Assembly (NCBI GenBank): GCA_001662655.1
Contig: KV460206.1
Direction: 5' to 3' (one strand)
Source of the DNA: Pseudogymnoascus verrucosus
Lineage: Eukaryota
Length of the DNA stretch: 64,000 bases
Made by a program: the position numbers and the translations under genes. Under the pieces are notes generated by a model. That model was not told where the DNA came from, made no database searches, and saw only the letters and a program-made list of their open reading frames with translations. Below are positions 49,930 to 64,000 of the stretch, piece after piece (positions within the stretch are counted from its first letter, which is position 1; the number at the start of each line of letters is the position of its first letter).

Positions 49930-52900
49930 TTACAATCCAAACTCCACCCCAACTTGATCTAACGCTTTTCCTATCCACTCTAAAGCCTCCTGGTCCCTAC
50001 CGGCCGCTCTCACAGCCTGTGCTAACAACGGGTACAGTCTATGCAAGTGCTTCTTGCTGTCACTTTCTACGCCAGGCGCATCAGGTATTGCGTTTGGCTC
50101 GCACCGCAAGTCTACCAGGGCCTTCAATATCCAAAGCAGCTCCTTGCGCTGGCTCAGTGGTTGTGGCATGCAGCCCCTGAGAGGTTGATCTGCCACATAT
50201 GCTCTGATAGTCACACCTGCGCGCAATATGAAGAAAGGTGCCACGGCTTGGGCAAGCTTGATTCGTGCTGGAGACGAATCGGTGAAGCTCAGAAGTGATA
50301 CGAGCTGGTCGAGGCAGACGTAAGACATTTTTGTCCTTGGAGACGGCGGAGGATCGATTGTGCGACCTCTACGAGGAGCGTAGAGAGTGGCGAGTAATTC
50401 TTGGTTAACTTGAGGGAGTTCGGACGGAGAAGCGGCGTGGATGAAGGAGGTATGGAAGAGAGATTCGGCGAAGGATCGGCGCGTCTTGTCTGGTATGAGG
50501 TGGTTACCCAACGAGGGTATAATGAGGTTTCGTAGAGAGATGAAAGACTGGATATCAAAATCTTGGTCACTGTTAATCGTCGCGGGATCTGTGACTGTGC
50601 TGCAATCGGCCGCCATGATCCCGTTTGCGATTTCGATAATAGAGGCCCATATTAGACGTAGATTCTCATCGGAAACCTTAGCATATGTTATCTTTGGGAG
50701 GGTAGCTTCCAGTATGGCAATTGCCGTGCTTGTGGCGCGTCGCCAAGGTTGTATGCTTTTGGTTTTGGTTTTAAAAGCGTATTTCAATGTTATTGGCATT
50801 GAAAGAGCCGTTAGTGATCTTGTAACGGCTCCATTGGCATATATTTCGGGGTCGGCGGCATGGGAAGTAATTAACGATTCCAATAAGCGCATAGACTCTT
50901 TAGACAAGGCGATGTAAGTTGGTTTCTTCCCCGGGGCGCTCTGATCCCGGGTTTGGAATGCAAGGGAAACAAAGTCAGCCGCTTGCTTGATAATGGCGCC
51001 AGGAATTCCCTTGATGTCCGTACGTAACAACTTGAGGGATTCGAGAACGTTCGTTTGGAGCGGAGTGAGATACTCAATATCCGCCGAATAGTTTCCAATA
51101 TGAGCTTGCTCCGTTGCATCTCGAAGAAGGTCCAATATGCGTTGAGTTCGTTCGGTATCAACATATTGCCGCATTAGACGGTATAGTTCTTGGAGACATG
51201 CGATATAGGCTATGAGACAATCTTGATTATTCTCTTCTGAGCCTGAGACAAGGGGCAGCCCACGAGACCATTGGGCCCAAACTAAATCGGTGGACTCGCG
51301 TGACAGTTTTGCTGAGTCTTTCGAGTCCGTGTTTGTCTGGGCTAGTATTTGGCGTAAAGCCCTGAATACGGCACTGTTGATGTCAAGATGACCAAGCTTT
51401 AGTAGAGTATCAAAGTGGCTCAGTAATGACTGCCAGCAGTCTGGGAAGCCATCATGGGTAGCCAGAACATGGACATAGGTTGCTAGTAAATTGGCGACGC
51501 CATTTAAGACGACGATTGTTGTCTCGATCCATGCCTTTTTCTCCGTTTCGGAAGTCCGCTTGTCGGTATTTGTACCACTCAGTTGAGATGCAATTGAAAG
51601 AAGCATCTTGAATATGACAGAGTCAAAACACATGGACCAAGCTTGCGGGCTGAGGTGATCTCCATAGGCATCAAATATCCTCAGTAGGGTATGGATTGCA
51701 CCTGCAGGTTGTAAGCTTCTATACCAACCGAATACTAGGAAAGTACATACTGTTTCTGAGCTCCAGTCTCTCGTCGGTTGTAACAGTCGTCAGCCGATGC
51801 AACAAAAGTAGCCAAAGCGCGGCGTTCGAGACAGCCTGGTCATCACTCTTCGCTTTCTTGTGGAGTTTTTCTTCATCGATCGAATCGATCACACCTTTAT
51901 CTAACGAGAATGAACCGCCTCTGCTTGAAATAAAATCCGAAACAACCCAAAAGAATGTTACAGTCTATTTTTCGTCAGAATAAAGATCATATAACGCTAG
52001 GGGCGATATAGAAAACTTACCGTTAAGCAGATGTTCAAGTCGTCATCTTGGGTACAAAATTGGTAAAGGGTATCAACGAGTATTAAAAAGCAAGAACTTG
52101 GCAGTGATGTAAGAAAGTCAGAACAGATTAATTCAAGGGAGTTGAAAGCTGATCGAACAAGCCTTGGGGAGCGTGTTCCCAGGAAGCTCGTATTATTTGG
52201 ACGTGGCGAATCGAGGTTTTTGTCGTGCAAGAAGACGGAGTCTATGATCTCAAACGTAATGTCCCAACCAGTGATGAGGTTTTCACCACAGTGCTCCAGA
52301 ATGCTTTTAAGTCCCTCGAGTATAATCCTATGGGCCTCGATATCTGTAGGAACGACTGAGGTTGATACCTTGCGGTCTTCTACTTGTAAAGGCTTTAACG
52401 CGCGGCGGAATGTGTCAAGCAAGCGCCACTGGACCGGACCTCGGACATCTTCAGCCACGGACGTAGGGACATTAGCAGCCTCAAGGACTATGCGCACGAG
52501 GACTTCCGCAGCTCGCTGCCTTATAGGAGATGCAACAGCTGGAGTTGTTAGGGCAGATATAAGCTCGGACGTCAGGATGGTCCAGCCTGATTCTTCGGGG
52601 TCAAACGAAATCAAGCGATCTATATTGATGCTTGCAATATTCCCCAACTTAGCCAGTGCGAAGAAATCGCCGTGACTTTGGGAGGATACGGATGCTGAAG
52701 TGCTCGTAACTCGCCGGTGCGTGTATGATGCCTTGCGATTCGCTGTGGGGGAGAGGGAGGCCTTATCAATGGAGTTTCTCTTTACATCTGCTTCGTCTTC
52801 TCGACCAAAGAGAATGCACAGGGCGGCGACAACATGCACAAACGAATCATTCGGAAAGCTAGCGGTGCTTTCAAATAGCCTAGAGGCTGCAGTTTCAACC

Positions 52901-55249
52901 GCCTTAATCTCTGTGCCAAAATTGGCAAGCAGGGCTGAGCTATCTGCACTCTGTTGTGACTCTTGTTTAAACCCCGGTGAAGAGGGCGGCCGGCCAGTAC
53001 CCTTACTTGAGAAAAATAAGACGAAATCTGCTTGTTGAAGGGTTTCCAGGATGATTAGCCACGCGGCATCGTCTAGCGTCGTACCAAGGGCAATTCCGAG
53101 GTTGAGCAGAGCTCGAAGACAGAGTAGATTCCGCGTATTGAGTGAGGCGGGTGTAAAATCAGTAGATCCATGCCTTGTCCTGTCTGCCATACTCGAGGCA
53201 TTGCTGGCTAGACTATCAACACTGAGTAGACCTCTTGCATTGCTAAAGATGCCGTGGCTTTCGGGGCCAGGCGTAGACGGAGTAGATGGAGGGCCAGTTA
53301 AGCCGGTGAAAATATTTGGAGGGACAGCAGCTTTCCCCAAAGTTGTGAGGAACGCATCTCTGGGCGTAGAAAGCCGTAGAAGACCTGCCACATGTGTGAA
53401 TTTTTGGAATGAGCGCACCAGACCATGGAAATAGTCTGCATCCAAACATGCGTACATAAAGGTAGAACATGTGGCCAAAATAGCAGGCCAGCAACTCTCT
53501 ACGATGTCAGCGCAAAGTTTGACCTCGCTATATGACGCATGATCTTCAAGTAGGAGAGGGTTGAGAGGAAAAGGTCCCTTTTTGTGCGACGGCCCTCGGT
53601 CTGCCTTATTATTCGTAGCATCAGTGGTATTCTCTGCTGCTTCGATGACATCCTTTGCCGCATCACTACCTCGCGGGCCTCTCTTTCTTGACTTGGAATC
53701 GCTCGGAATAGTAAGAGGTAAAATAAACTTTGCGAGTCCTTCAGCGAAGCTATTGATGCAAGTCAAGGCGAGCCCATAAATATATGAATCAGGAATTCCC
53801 GGCGGATCTGACTTGTCCAGCTGATCAATGCATGGCACTCGCATAGAGCTCCACTGCACGCTAATGCCAGCAGAATGTTCGTACGGCCCTGTGGAACCGC
53901 CAATTATTCCTGGTATACCAGCTGCTTCCAGCATAGCTTGATCATTTGAATCGTTGTTCGACAGATTAGCGGAAGGCACAGTGGACTGGCTTCCTAGGCC
54001 AATTAGGGCGGGCTTCTCCGAGCTTAGTCGAACAAAGGCTGCCATCAGGTCGCCCAAAATCTTCTTCTTCCCTGGCTGTGCGTCGTACAGTGAAAATATA
54101 TCTCTGGTAAGAGTTGCGTCTGCAAATATACCTCTGAAAACTTCCATGCACAGCGACCGCCGCCAAAGCGTGGAGTCATGATCCAGCATATGGGTTAGCA
54201 ACCCCACTGCCATTTCGCTCTCTGGAACAAGGATCCGAAGGTGTCGTCGAAGCAATGTGTACAAAATCCGTGTAACCCGAACTGTCGTGGGAAACGTTAA
54301 CTTCTCAGACATGGAGCTGATAATGAAAGGCATAAGTCTCGTGCGAAGGACATTTGCCTGTTCTGGGTGTTCCAAGAAGACATCGGCATGGTTGGTTAAA
54401 ATCGATTCGATCAATTCTAACACAAAGGTTTGCGGGAGGCCGGCGACTTTCAGAAACTGTGGCTTTTGGGATTCTGTCAGGAGACAGAGGTCGTTAAATA
54501 CCCTGTAGGCATCAAAGGCAGACGCCCTGACTTGAACTGTTCCCTTTTCTACCGGCGCCTCGGCAATGGTAGGAACTTCGAGAAGAACTCCATCTTCAGT
54601 TACGACCTTGTCAAAGACTGTAACTACCAGCTGCTGGAGGGTTGCAGCTGCGGTGTTGTTCACAATCCCATTCTTGCTCGCTTGGAGAATGGTGCAAATG
54701 TTCAGGACACTCGCCAACAACTCGCCCTGAATATCTTTCCCGTAGTTTTGAAGTAAGGAGGGAAGAGCTTGCAATAGCTTCAGCTGGACATCTAGCCCTG
54801 ACGAAGTTGCTTCAAGGAATGCCTTCAAGACCTCCTTCAATCGGAACCTTGGGAGCCCACGTGACACAACAAGTCTTTGCAAGCAAACAACTGCAATACC
54901 CGTGAATTTTGCATTCTTCGTTCCGCAAGCAATGAGAAATGGGGTGACAAAGTTGCCCCTCTGGCTTAGATCTAATTCATCTATGTCAGCTGTTTGGTTC
55001 AGTAAAGAGAGGGAGGTAATATACCGGCAGCTACCTGTGCTTCCGACGTAAACCGTAGCGATTTAAGTTCTTCTAAAGAATGTTCCGCGGCCTTTGCGTT
55101 GTCAGCTATACTCTCAACAATATCAAGTTGTCTTCAACGTTGTAGACTCGCGGAAGCTAAGGGTGACATACTGTACGGAGCTCGGCGTGCTTTCTCTTGC
55201 TCTCCTGGATGAGATTGGAAAGCTCCGAACTAAGAATCTGCAACGACAT
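49930..55249 (-). CDS. MON2: Mon2 endosomal/Golgi scaffold (Sec7-related), multi-exon
   Basis: MSLQILSSELSNLIQESKRKH, LKLLQALPSLL, CIDQLDKSDPP, RDAFLTTLGK and YVADQPLRG motifs. Confidence 0.92.
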
Positions 55250-55644
55250 CTTGCCTAATTCTTCCCATGCCTTAGATGGTAATGGCGCCTCTACCTTTCC
55301 ATGTTTTATAAGTTGTGAATTTACCCAAACCTGGCCTCTTCCTCCACAAGGCACCACGCCCTGGGATGTTCATGCCTCATTTTCGCGCCTTATATATGAG
55401 GGTTGGGCGCGATACCACAAGTACCACCAGCCTTGTGTCAAACCCCCACTACTCTTGTACCCGCCTCGGTTTCAACGGCCTTGTCTGACTCTACATAATC
55501 TACGACTTCCAGATCAACTAGAAGTGGTAAGCAGAACCCCTAATATCTTGGAGTATTGTGGCAAAGACACTAAAGTGAATTTTTACTTTCAGGCATTTTG
55601 CGCGGCTGTCTCTCAAACTCTCAATAACAAATACATCAGCTACC

Positions 55645-56293
55645 ATGGGTGCCAAGGTCCCAAGGAACTTCAGGTTGCTGGAAGAGCTGGAGAAGGGCGA
55701 GAAGGGTCTTGGAGCAGGTATGGAAAGTCAAATTAATATGCGTGATAGCTTGACTGACAGTTATCTTCAGAGGCATGCTCATACGGTCTTGCGGAGGGTG
55801 ATGACCTTCTCATGTCGAACTGGAACGGGACAATCCTGGGGCCCCCTCACGTATGGCCAAACCCTTCTTTCCTAGATCTCTGAATACGTCCAATACTAAT
55901 ACTGTACCCTCCAGAGTGTGCACGAGAACAGAATCTATTCGTTGAAGATGCACTGCGGCGATGACTACCCCGACAAGCCACCCTCGATCCAATTTATCAG
56001 CGAAATCAACCTCCCTTGCGTCAACCCAAGGAATGGACAGGTCAGCCTCATATTGTACATATATCCCTGGCCTTACTGACTTATTGCTTTATAGGTCGAT
56101 CCCTCCAAGCTGCCATGTCTGGCTCAGTGGAAGAGGGAATATACCATGGAGACCGTTCTGATCGATCTCAGAAGGTGGGGTCACACACGTCACCTATACC
56201 ATGGATAGTTTACTGACGCAGCACAGGTATATGGCACACCCAGCACACAAGAAGATTCCTCAGCCGGCCGAGGGTTCAACATATGCTTTATAA
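55645..56293 (+). CDS. MMS2: Ubiquitin-conjugating enzyme variant Mms2/Uev1
   Basis: KVPRNFRLLEELEKGEK, WNGTILGPPH and ENRIYSL; several short introns. Confidence 0.95.
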
Positions 56294-56605
56294 ATATGAT
56301 TTCAGGCTACTATGCCGAAGCACTGGCTGTAGCTGGGTTCTCAGGGTGTTGGATTGTTGCCATTTCTTCTTTTTGCAGGTGCATCAGCGTGGCGAAACTG
56401 GTTGGCAAGCGTAAACGATCTCATGAGATAGCAACTAAACAGAGCTAACATCAATAAGCCATGACATTGTAAACTACTTGATATTGAAGTTGTACACGTG
56501 ATGCGTGGCGGCTTGTGGGCCCAGTATGAACAGCCGCGAATTTATATGTTCAGCCTTGTAGCTTGCTGCACGTAGGTAGCCGCATCAACATTCAACACCA
56601 GATGA

Positions 56606-57541
56606 ATGCCGAAGCAATTCGTTCCACATAGGCGTGGGCCACACCGCATTGCCTGTATGTATAAGACACTTATATACTGCTCTGCATAAATACTAACACT
56701 CAAACTAGGCATCGCTCTCTACCGAGCCCTTCTCTCGACATGCCGTCAGATTAAAGTACCAGCGAGCTTCAACAGAGGCCCCGTCCCCCCCATAAAACAC
56801 ATAATCCGCCGCCAATTCCGTCGCAATGCCCACGTCACCAGCGGCCCCCTCGTAGTCGCAGCACTACGAGTCGGCTATGAAGCCGAAGAACTCCTCCACA
56901 CCGCCACCACCGGCTCCGGCGCCGCCCACTCCAAGATCCTCAACCTGCTCCGCGGCGTGCAAGCCCAAGGCGACGCCGCGCGCCTCGAGAACGCCGAGAA
57001 CCCGCCCCTCCCGCCCCCTCCTCCGAAGCGCAAACCAGAGCCCTATCCTGGCGCCATCCCCGTGCTCGAGCAGCGGCCTCTTCCCAAGTCTCAGCTGACG
57101 GGTCGCCGACAAGTCCCCAAGCTCGTGAGCGCGAACTTGATACCCTTCATGCGGTTCAAGAAGCCGCAGAGCGAGTTCCTGTCGCGGGTGCTGAATGATA
57201 AGATTAAGCTGCGGCAGAAGCGGAATGATCATTTGGATAGGCTGGGGGGGTTGCTGGATATGGGGAACTGGGAGCAGATGTGGGATGAGGAGTTAGGGAT
57301 AGCAGAGGAGAAGCACTGGAGCGCGGCGACGTATCGGGAGAAATTGGGTGTTGAAAATGCGCTCGATAAGGCTAGTGAGGCGAATGCTGTGCTTGCGAAG
57401 AAGATGCTGGCTATTGTGGATGAGGAGCAGAGGCTGGCTGATATAGAGAAGAGGGAGTGGCTTAGGGAGAAACGGAAGAGGTATAGGCAGAGGAAGCGGG
57501 AGAGGGATGAGGCTGACCAGGGAGAATTGCCAAAGTTTTGA
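56606..57541 (+). CDS. LYR-motif mitochondrial protein
   Basis: MPKQFVPHRRGPHRIAC|IALYRALL after the intron at about 56655-56708; GRRQVPKLVSANLIPFMRFKKPQS. Confidence 0.75.
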
Positions 57542-57885
57542 GTAGCGGCTGTTCGTAGTCGTTCGTAGCCGAGCGATTGGCATGGGTAGATGCCTGATAC
57601 CACTTTAATTGTAAATATATGTACAATAACCTGTTTTCAACAGCTTAAGCTCCGCAGTTTATTCATTGATTAAAGCTATTTAAAGAGTTGGTGGTAATCT
57701 ACAGTGCAACAACACCATATTGTTGTTACATTTGAGCCCATGCCCCTTGTCAGTCCTGTCACCGACCCCCCTTCCCTTGAACCATCCCCAAACGCCAAAA
57801 CACTTAGTTTCCTCCCAAAAATCACATGCCAACCCCTGCCCAAATTCGTACACTCGTGAAGGTTTCCTCATAATAAGGGTTGTTT

Positions 57886-60193
57886 CTAATACTCGAAAGC
57901 TTCCCCAATAGTCCTACGTAGAGCCCGATCGACATCCCGGGGCCTGAATCCCGGTGCTCTACCAAGGCAAACTCCCTCTTTTGATATATCTGTAACCATT
58001 AGCAATTGCTCAGTTCCCCCATTTAAAAAGGGTATACTCACGTCGTACCAAGGTCGCAACACTGAGCGTCACAAGCCGCGGGGAATTTAAAGTCGACGAC
58101 GACGCGTTATCGTAGTCATTCGAGCCCAGTTTATCGGGTCCTGCGTCGAAGATCGGGCCCCTGAGGTCAAATGCGTTCAGAGCTGGCGATTGCTTACTAT
58201 TGTTGTTGCCGTCGTTGTTATTTACAAGGTTCGGAGGGGTTGAATTCGCCCAATTCGAGGCGGCATTCTGATACATTGATCCAGATGTGAAATCGATCGT
58301 CATCTGGATTTCCTCCATTACCTCCTCAAATGTCTGTGTTTGCGGAATTTGGTCTCCATTCGAGGTCCCCATAGCACTAGGGCTCAGCGGCGTTCTAGGT
58401 GAAATAGAATTACTGGTGTCTGTGCTGAAGTTGGAAGGTACCGGCGCAGCTGGCATGCCCTCCAGTGATACCATGTCCAAATTGACTGTAACATATTCTG
58501 TATGTGGCGCAATGTCAATACCCTTGCCTCTCAGGTAACTCTCCACATCGTTCGCGTCGAAGTATTTCCCTTCAAATCCTTCCGCGCTACAGGTGAAGTT
58601 ATCGATCATATGTTTCTCCCGCGCCGACATAGCATTTGTCGTAAGAGGCCCCATTGATCGGCCCGTCCTCACTTTGGGCATCAGGTTACTCGAGATATCC
58701 TCTTCGGGCAGCGGATAATACGTCCCTGATCCGCCAACGTGCACGAAGGGTGCTGACCAATGATTCAGCAGTTCTTTAGATGACCCGCGTTCCATTTTTG
58801 CGACCAGCGACGCCAGTAGCTGTTCTTTGGTCCGGAAAAGGAGTGAGAACCCAAACACTCTCTTGAGAATTAGGGGGTTCGAGTGAGGATTCGTGAGGAG
58901 CCGAAAGCCGCGTTCGTTCGAGGTGCGGTGAAGACGCCGTGCGAAACTGGTCTCAAAGCTTGCGAAAGAGGTTGGTGAAGTGAGGACTTGATCGTTGCCA
59001 ATTCCGAGGTTGAACTGGTATGGGTTCATGCCAGCGGCTTCGCCTCGCAATTGATTTATATCGGTTTCAGTCAGGACAAAGTTGTCATCGTCGAGGCTTG
59101 GCAGGTTATTAATCTGGCCTTCCACTGGCAGTTGGTTTGGAAGTGGCATTTGGTTGAAAGTTTGCTGGAAGAAATATTCCTCTGCGTGGCTTGGAGAGTC
59201 ATTGCCCCAAGCTGGTCTACCAAGAATGGGCATGGCCTTTTCTGGAGGGCTCAGCGTCTGTGCTTTTGACCTCTTGGATTCAGATTTGACAACAGCGACT
59301 TGGTTGTCAAGGTTCTTTTCATCAGCGTGGCTAGAGTCGTCATCGTGGCTGGGCTGATCTGCAGCGGCTGCCTTGCTCAGTTCCAGGACTCGCTGAGTTG
59401 TCGCCTGTAATTGCCGTGCAAACTCTGGTTCTCGCTGTAGAAGACCCTGCGACGATGCAAAATCATAGAGCCCGAGGAAGGCGCTATTCATTGCTTCGGC
59501 CGTACTCTGTAGCTTCTCGACCTGTGATTCTAGCGACGAGATGGTTGTTTCTTTCCTGTGGCGATAGGCTCGTTGTGCTAGGCGAATCTGTGTTCGACGG
59601 CGCTATATCTCATGTCAGTACATTATTTTGTGGGAGCACGAGACAAATATTATTCTCAAAATCCAAGTAAAACATGTGGTACCCCTCTAGGCCATGAGCC
59701 ATTACCATCTTCGGAATATACGGAATGCAAAATAATGACTTGGAGAAATATAAACACCTACATCTGCAGCCGTCTCGTCCTTAGTGTCAAGCCTCGGGCG
59801 CCCCCTCGACTTCTTAGAAGCATCATCCTCATCACCATCTTCATCCTCGCTCAGCTTCTGCTTCTTTCTCCTCCTTCCACCCTTGTCCTCCTCCTCTCCC
59901 GGATTCGCACCCCTCGCCTTCCTCACCTTCCTAGTCTTCGTCTCCTTCACCTCAACCCTCTGCGCCGGCCCCCTCGGCACATCCACCCTCCTCTCCGTAA
60001 CCGCCTCAAACCCCCCCGTCATCCCAAACATATGCGGGGCCGGCCCCGGTCGCTGCCTCGCCAGCTCCGTCAAACTGCGCGCAATCGACACGGCAGCCTC
60101 ATCATTATACGTCTCGGCGTTCAGGATCTCCATCTGGTCTAGAATACTGGGTCCCTCGCCGACGTTGCTAATCTCGTAGTTCTGCCTCGGCAT
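57886..60193 (-). CDS. bZIP transcription factor
   Basis: RGRPRLDTKDETAAD|RRRTQIRLAQRAYRHRKETTISSL basic region; SFARRLHR; last exon CLGRAPGFR. Confidence 0.88.
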
Positions 60194-61346
60194 TCCTGGA
60201 TTCTAATCGCAGCCTTGGGCGCTAGTGCTGCAAAGGTGTCGGGAGACTCGGTACCTTGGAGGATGAGGCGGAGGAGAAAGTGCAGCGTGCGCAGACGGTC
60301 CACAATCAGTGAGATAAAGTCATAATGAAGGCGGATCGTTTGGATCCACTGTAGCGGGACATGTGTAGTTTATTTAAGAACTTTCGGGTCTGTGGAAGCT
60401 GCTGTAGCTCTGTCGTTGAGGATTTGTAATGAGGGAAGCCTGGGGGTCTGAACCTTGTCGATTACTGATCACTTTCTCACCTCAGCCAATGTCGACAGGC
60501 TTCGCTTCGATGACTAATGGCCCAGCAACCTGTCAAATCGTCGACGCCCCCTCGACTGGTGGGCATGAGTGAGGGGCGCAGACGGGGCTTATTTGAAAGC
60601 AAGCAGGAACTGTCGTCAGTGGCTCAACACGTGAATCAACATTGGGGTTTTAGTTTTGTTGGTTCATGTAAAGTAAGCAATGGCGTAATGGCATCGTATA
60701 TGGTCTCAACATATAAATAGGGACGGATTGTTACGAATGGGCCAGCATCCACCACCATCAAATATCAACCAAAAAGGCAACGTCACTTGTCTCTGCTGGG
60801 GTGCATCATTGGTCGAAAATCAAGCTTCTATTCCTGAAAAGCAAATATCATATCCCTCCCTAAAAGCCAGTCTCTTCCTCCTCATGGTAGCTATCTTACA
60901 ACACGACATCGCAATCAAAAAAGAATTCCAGCTCTGCGCCATTTCCGTCCATGCATCCCATCGCACGTCCAACGCCGCCGTAAAAAGAAAAATAATAAAA
61001 GCCCGGGTGGTTAATCTTATGTGCAACAGCAAGCCCACCACTTCCCCGATCCCCAGATTCCAAAAAAAAAAAAAAAAGCCCAATCCTCATTCTTTACCCA
61101 TTAAATGCCGTAAGCCAATCGCCCCAAAAACACCCCTCCCCCTCCCTAGCTGCAGCAACCAAATCCAGACGCGAACGAAACTTTGCTTTTGTGGTTTTTT
61201 TTAAAATCCTCATATCCGTCATTGTGTGTGCTGCTCTAGCTTTCTTTCCCAGATGTCGAAATGAAGACCGGGTATCGTTACGTCTATGCAAAACCAAAGG
61301 AAATCCTACTCTCGCCATTTGTATGCATCGATATATTGTACAAGAA

Positions 61347-62579
61347 TTAAAGACCTTGGTGGTGGTTGTCGACAACGCTGTCGGAGAGGTTGATCAGGAG
61401 CTGGGCGAGGCAGCGCTTCGTGGCGGCATCGTCGCGGAGGACAGAGGAGAAAGTGGCGTCACGAAGCGGCTCTGGGAGGCACTGGCGGAGGGCCTCGCGG
61501 GCGCGAGCATTGTCGCTGAGGCTATATATGAGTCAGCATTTGGGCACGTATTGGAAGAGGATAATGGGGGACATACCGAAGAAAGCAACGGACAACGTGC
61601 TTCAGGAGCCGAGCGGTCTGCTGTTCGACGAGCTGGTTCACCATGTTGCTCAGAACAGTCCCAACAGCATAGAAGCGCTCGTAGGTCGCGCAAATGTAGT
61701 TCAGTCCATGGTCATCAAGAAGGATCTTCTGCACGATGAAAATGGCGACAGTCTTGCTCAATTCGGAGCCGGTCTCCATGATGCGCAGGCACAGTGGGAT
61801 AATTTCTGTTGTGAGGAGAAAGTTGATGACATCCGAGCTGTCGTTCTTGACCAGGGCGCCAATGACACCGAGGGAGGTCAGACGGAGATATTCGAATGGC
61901 CGCGATTTGGAAGTCGTGTTCAGGAATGGGTATAAGAATAGCGGGATATGAGCTAGAGATTTGGTCAGTCACCGCCATGTATTGGAAGTGCGGGGAAGCA
62001 TTTATACCATTGAGGAAGAGAGCCCTGGTCTCGTTGTGCGACGCCACGCACTGGAGCAGAGCAAGCGCGTTGCAGACACGGTTGGATGCCGCGGCGGTCA
62101 ATTGCGATGGGTTGAGTAACGTATAAACGGAGATGATCTCCTGCAGCAGAGAGGTCATGACACCTACGATGCCACGTCAGCAAAGACTCCAATCGTCAGA
62201 TTGAATTCATCAGCTTACCAAAAGAGTGCCAGAGAATGAGCGCCAATTCGGGGACCTGCTCGCGCTTCTTGCTCAATTCGAGCAATGCGCTCTCGCGGGT
62301 ATCCTCGTTCAGCAGCTCCGCGATCCAGACCAGGACTCTCCGGTTCTCCTCAGTAACACCATCCATCATTGCGCTCTCTTGTGCATGACCTGGTAGGTGT
62401 GTAGGCACAGATGCATTATGTGTAGCCTGGATGCGGTTGTAGTGAGCTGCAGTCGCGTGGGCGGCAGCTGCTGCTTGGGCCTGGTGGTGAGTTTGCTGGT
62501 GGTTGTGCTGGTTCAACCAAGCGGCCTCGTTGTGGCCAAAGTTTTGGTGCGAGAACACGTGGGCTCCTTGAGAGAGCAT
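61347..62579 (-). CDS. CAF40: CCR4-NOT subunit Rcd1/Caf40/CNOT9
   Basis: [44 protein letters not shown] and [23 protein letters not shown]. Confidence 0.96.
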
Positions 62580-63819
62580 CGTAAGAGTTTCGGTATGCTG
62601 ATGCTTTGTGGATGTGGTTGGTGGTCTTGGGAGGAGGGGGTGGTTGTCGTCGTTGGTATCCGTTCGGTCGGCTCTTTAGCTGAAGGTAGATCGTTGAGAT
62701 GAGGCTACCACGCTACGGGCGGCATGTACAGTTCAAGCCTGAGCGCCTGACTGGCCGGACAATGAACGGATAGCGTATAATAAGCGTCTCGTTAAGACAG
62801 TGGGGGTTGTAACCGAGGCGCTACTGTCGAGTCCTGGGAGGCGGTGAGCCGGATGTTGGACTGTGCTGGACCGTGCTGGACCGTGCGATTGTGAGTGGCA
62901 GGGCAGAACAGGGACAACGGCGGCGAGATTGAAGATTCGATATGTGATAGACTTGTGATCTGAGCGAGATCTTTAAAGGATAATATATATATTGGTAAAA
63001 CAGATGGAAGACGTCTTTGAACTTGGGTATAAGGTGAATAGTTGATCTGAATGTGGAGTTTGTAAGAAGGTTGGTCGGTTTTGACTGGCGAAATAGTAGT
63101 ATTTATATTAGTCCACCAGTGAATTTATATAGCTCAAACACGTTTCTGGCAAACAAAAACAACAATAAATTCACCTAAATACTACAATCACAGTATCAGA
63201 TCAGAGTCTAGTAAAAGAGCAATACTGTAATTACCACTCCCTGCTACAAGAGAGGTTAGGTTAGCTTCACTATCTACTCCTAAGTTCAGTGTATTATCCC
63301 GCCCTTGAGCTCCACAACTGAGACCGCATATCACGCAAATCACACTCGAACCCCCGAATAAAGATCATTACTATATTCCCTACGGCAATAGCCGATCATT
63401 ACGCTCCTAACGACTTGCAATATCCCATCTTTCTGTATACTCCGAGGCATCATAACCTATAAGACGCCCCAACAAATGTGTGCCGAAGGCTGGACGAGAA
63501 AAAGAGTAGGCATCTGAACGCTCATATAACCACACCGTAATATGCAGTGACCAGGCAGAAAGTAGAAGAAAAATAAAATAGCAAATGTGCATGACTCAAA
63601 CATAGAAAACTCGTTGATCCGTTGTGTCCGTAATGGAATCCTGATCGTCTGCAAAGAAAATAAAATCGTCGTCCCCGATACCGCCGTTTACTCATCACCA
63701 TTTTCGTTCGTTCGTGTTTGCCTCGTCGACTTAGAGTTGGAGCTCTGCCGAAATTTGATTGGGCGTACTCTTGTTTTGCGAACTTGTTTTTCGAAGTATC
63801 GCTAGTTGGGCTCTTAGTG

Positions 63820-63965
63820 TTGAAGCTCTTTCAAAACTCGACCGCTTATGTTCTTATATCGCCTTAGAGACCAACTTCCTTCAAAACTCATCCGGCTATG
63901 TTCTTGTATCGCCTTAAGAGGCAAACTTCCATCAGAATTTGATCCGCCATATTCTTGTATTACCA
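63820..63965. repeat. About 3 imperfect ~50-bp tandem repeats
   Basis: TATGTTCTT(A/G)TATCGCCTTA...AACTTCC recurs near 63847 and 63897, with a diverged copy near 63948. Confidence 0.6.
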
Positions 63966-64000
63966 ACTATCACCACTTAGGCCCTTAGAGGCGAAGCTCC

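Noticed and set aside
47143..54905. Long plus-strand ORFs antisense to the Zn-finger and MON2 genes
   Set aside because: Shadow ORFs of real genes on the opposite strand.

Overview
A 64-kb stretch of an intron-containing filamentous ascomycete genome. The gene set and style suggest a Leotiomycete such as Pseudogymnoascus, but that is inference only. The right half is mostly conserved housekeeping genes: OMS1-like methyltransferase, MARVEL protein, U1-type Zn finger, stomatin-like, MON2, MMS2, LYR protein, bZIP and RCD1/CAF40. The left half has accessory patches. The main observation is a dispersed 5S rRNA gene split into two complementary halves (6653-6713 and 10123-10188; 119 nt when rejoined). 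The split is caused by a 3.4-kb insert with an 8-bp palindromic direct repeat (CAAGCTTG) and asymmetrically placed ~38-bp terminal inverted repeats that resemble the 5S target. The insert has no recognisable recombinase or transposase and carries an intact DHA1 MFS drug-efflux gene. It looks like a miniature, captain-less, 5S-targeting Starship-like cargo element, and it lies beside a divergent PDR ABC transporter / Zn2Cys6 regulator pair whose shared promoter has five CGG-N3-T-CGG motifs. A possible second element (HeLo-like fragment, LTR remnant, P450) follows. At 23.7-32.2 kb there is a RIP-marked island with a kinase-like pseudogene, an AA11-LPMO/chromodomain chimera, a hydrolase-NB-ARC-TPR NLR and an AT-rich relic holding a solo LTR with an internal 197-bp tandem duplication. 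Exon boundaries were read by eye and are approximate.
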